Source: Nageia nagi (taxonomy: Eukaryota > Plantae > Pinophyta). Taken from it: a DNA stretch of 64,000 nt. The notes below the pieces were generated by a model. That model was not told the origin of the DNA. It was given only the letters and a program-made list of their open reading frames with translations, and ran no database searches. Below, piece by piece: positions 62,648 through 64,000 of the stretch. The position numbers and the translations under genes were made by a program. The stretch spans positions 116,250,001 through 116,314,000 of the forward strand of contig JBITNC010000001.1 in the NCBI GenBank assembly GCA_050084985.1, in the 5' to 3' direction. How positions within the stretch are numbered: the first letter of the stretch is position 1; each line of letters begins with the position of its first letter.

Positions 62648-64000
62648 TATAAAATCCCAAATATTCTTCAATGGTGGAATTAGCCAAACAGATATCAAAT
62701 AATATCGAATTATGTCTCTAAACATGCCACAACTGTTCTAGGGTGTCAAACATGTACAAGAATATACTAGAAAACCCAACGATGCACTCCTTGAGCCAGA
62801 AAATACTTCAAAGGCCCAATGTAGCACTAGGGCATCCACCAATCATGTAAAATACATCATAAACAATCCCAAAAATATGACATCACATCAAGAGGAGTAA
62901 GATATCATCAAAATACGAGACAAGAAATGGAGATCAAGTGTGCCACGACTCAATTAATGATGTAATGATGAGTACAATACAAACCGGGCCCAAAAGGGTT
63001 CAATATTGGCCTTCAAAGAGCCAACTAGGGCACACTAATGTGCAAAGATGATCACTGATGCATATATGTTGTAGAACAACCACACTCTACTATATTTGTG
63101 GATGCTTCATTGAAGGGCTTCCTCCATGCTAGCTCCCGGCGAAGAGAACGAATGCAGTTCCTAAATGCCATCGGATGGATTCAAAGGTGCACCAACGAAG
63201 AGAACGAATGCAGTTCCTAAATGCAATTGGATGGATTCAAAGGTGCAGACCGCTACAGATGCCTTAGGGTAGGACAACCTCACAACATGGACATTCACTT
63301 CAACCGTTAGTGAGAAGGTGTTCCAAGCCTCCTAGACTCTCCCTAGTCTACATGCCCAAGGGTGCTTGATGCAACCAATACTTGAGAAGCTTCGAAGAGT
63401 TAAAGGGATTTCAATATCAAATTCAAAATATCTCTGCAATGAGGCTCCACTATCTTATATAACCTTCCTGGATCTGGATCTCATCTAGAAGCCATCATCC
63501 AACTCCTCTAATCCAACGTTAGCCTCCTAGAGGCTCCAAAATGCTCAACCTAGGTACCTAGGGATCATACATGCCCAACTTGTGTGTCCAAGGGTCATAA
63601 ATGCCAACATAGGTGTCTAGAGTGTCACGCATTCCTAACGTGGGTCTATGAGTCATGCATGGGTGCTTAAGTGCCATCGTAGGGGTCTAGAGTGCCATGC
63701 ATGCTTAATGTGGGTCTAGGAGTCATGCGTGGGTGCTTAGGTGCCATCATAGGCCAACATGGGGGTCTAGAAGTATCCCCAAGGCTGGTGCAAGTGTACA
63801 AGTGCTCCCAAGTCCAATGTTGGGCTATAAGTGATTATCCGTACTTAATATGCCATCCTAGGTTTTACATGAGACTTGGGATTCCAACGATCAATTTTAG
63901 GATCTACAAGTGCATAAATAAATAATAAAATAATTCATCCTAAGCTTGGGAGGAAAACGTCCCTCTTGGGGCTCACACTGTGGGTTCAATGGACCATTAA
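62648..64000 (-). mobile_element. Gypsy LTR inserted in the LINE, running off the window end; contains a ~57-bp duplication (~63139-63247) and ~29-bp degenerate repeats (~63520-63780)
   Basis: Abrupt LINE break at TATAAAATCCC; GGGGCTCACACTGTGGGT resembles the 47302-class LTR in reverse. Confidence 0.7.

Overview
This is plant nuclear DNA. The multi-kb TE-filled introns and the Gypsy and LINE families suggest a gymnosperm-like genome (inference). The whole window lies inside one + strand host gene, a pectin acetylesterase (PAE). Four short internal exons (15033-15112, 32676-32762, 40914-41038, 46951-47011) splice in frame across introns of about 17.6, 8.2 and 5.9 kb, and the flanking exons lie outside the window. 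The introns hold nested transposons: an apparently intact hAT DNA transposon (9295-13230), five TSD-flanked solo LTRs, a gag/protease-less chromovirus (47302-53042), L1 and RTE-X/L2-like LINE remnants, and MITEs. Two elements stand out. (1) A 6.9-kb TSD-flanked element (23121-29984) has the termini of a single LTR yet carries a decayed ~1150-codon gene in its U3 region, next to an array of ~55-bp palindromes; a related gene-less solo LTR (41463-43920) has palindromes with similar outer arms but a different core. (2) A non-autonomous LTR element (53600-59755) has a single ORF with two tandem, catalytically dead retropepsin-like domains and no recognisable gag or pol.
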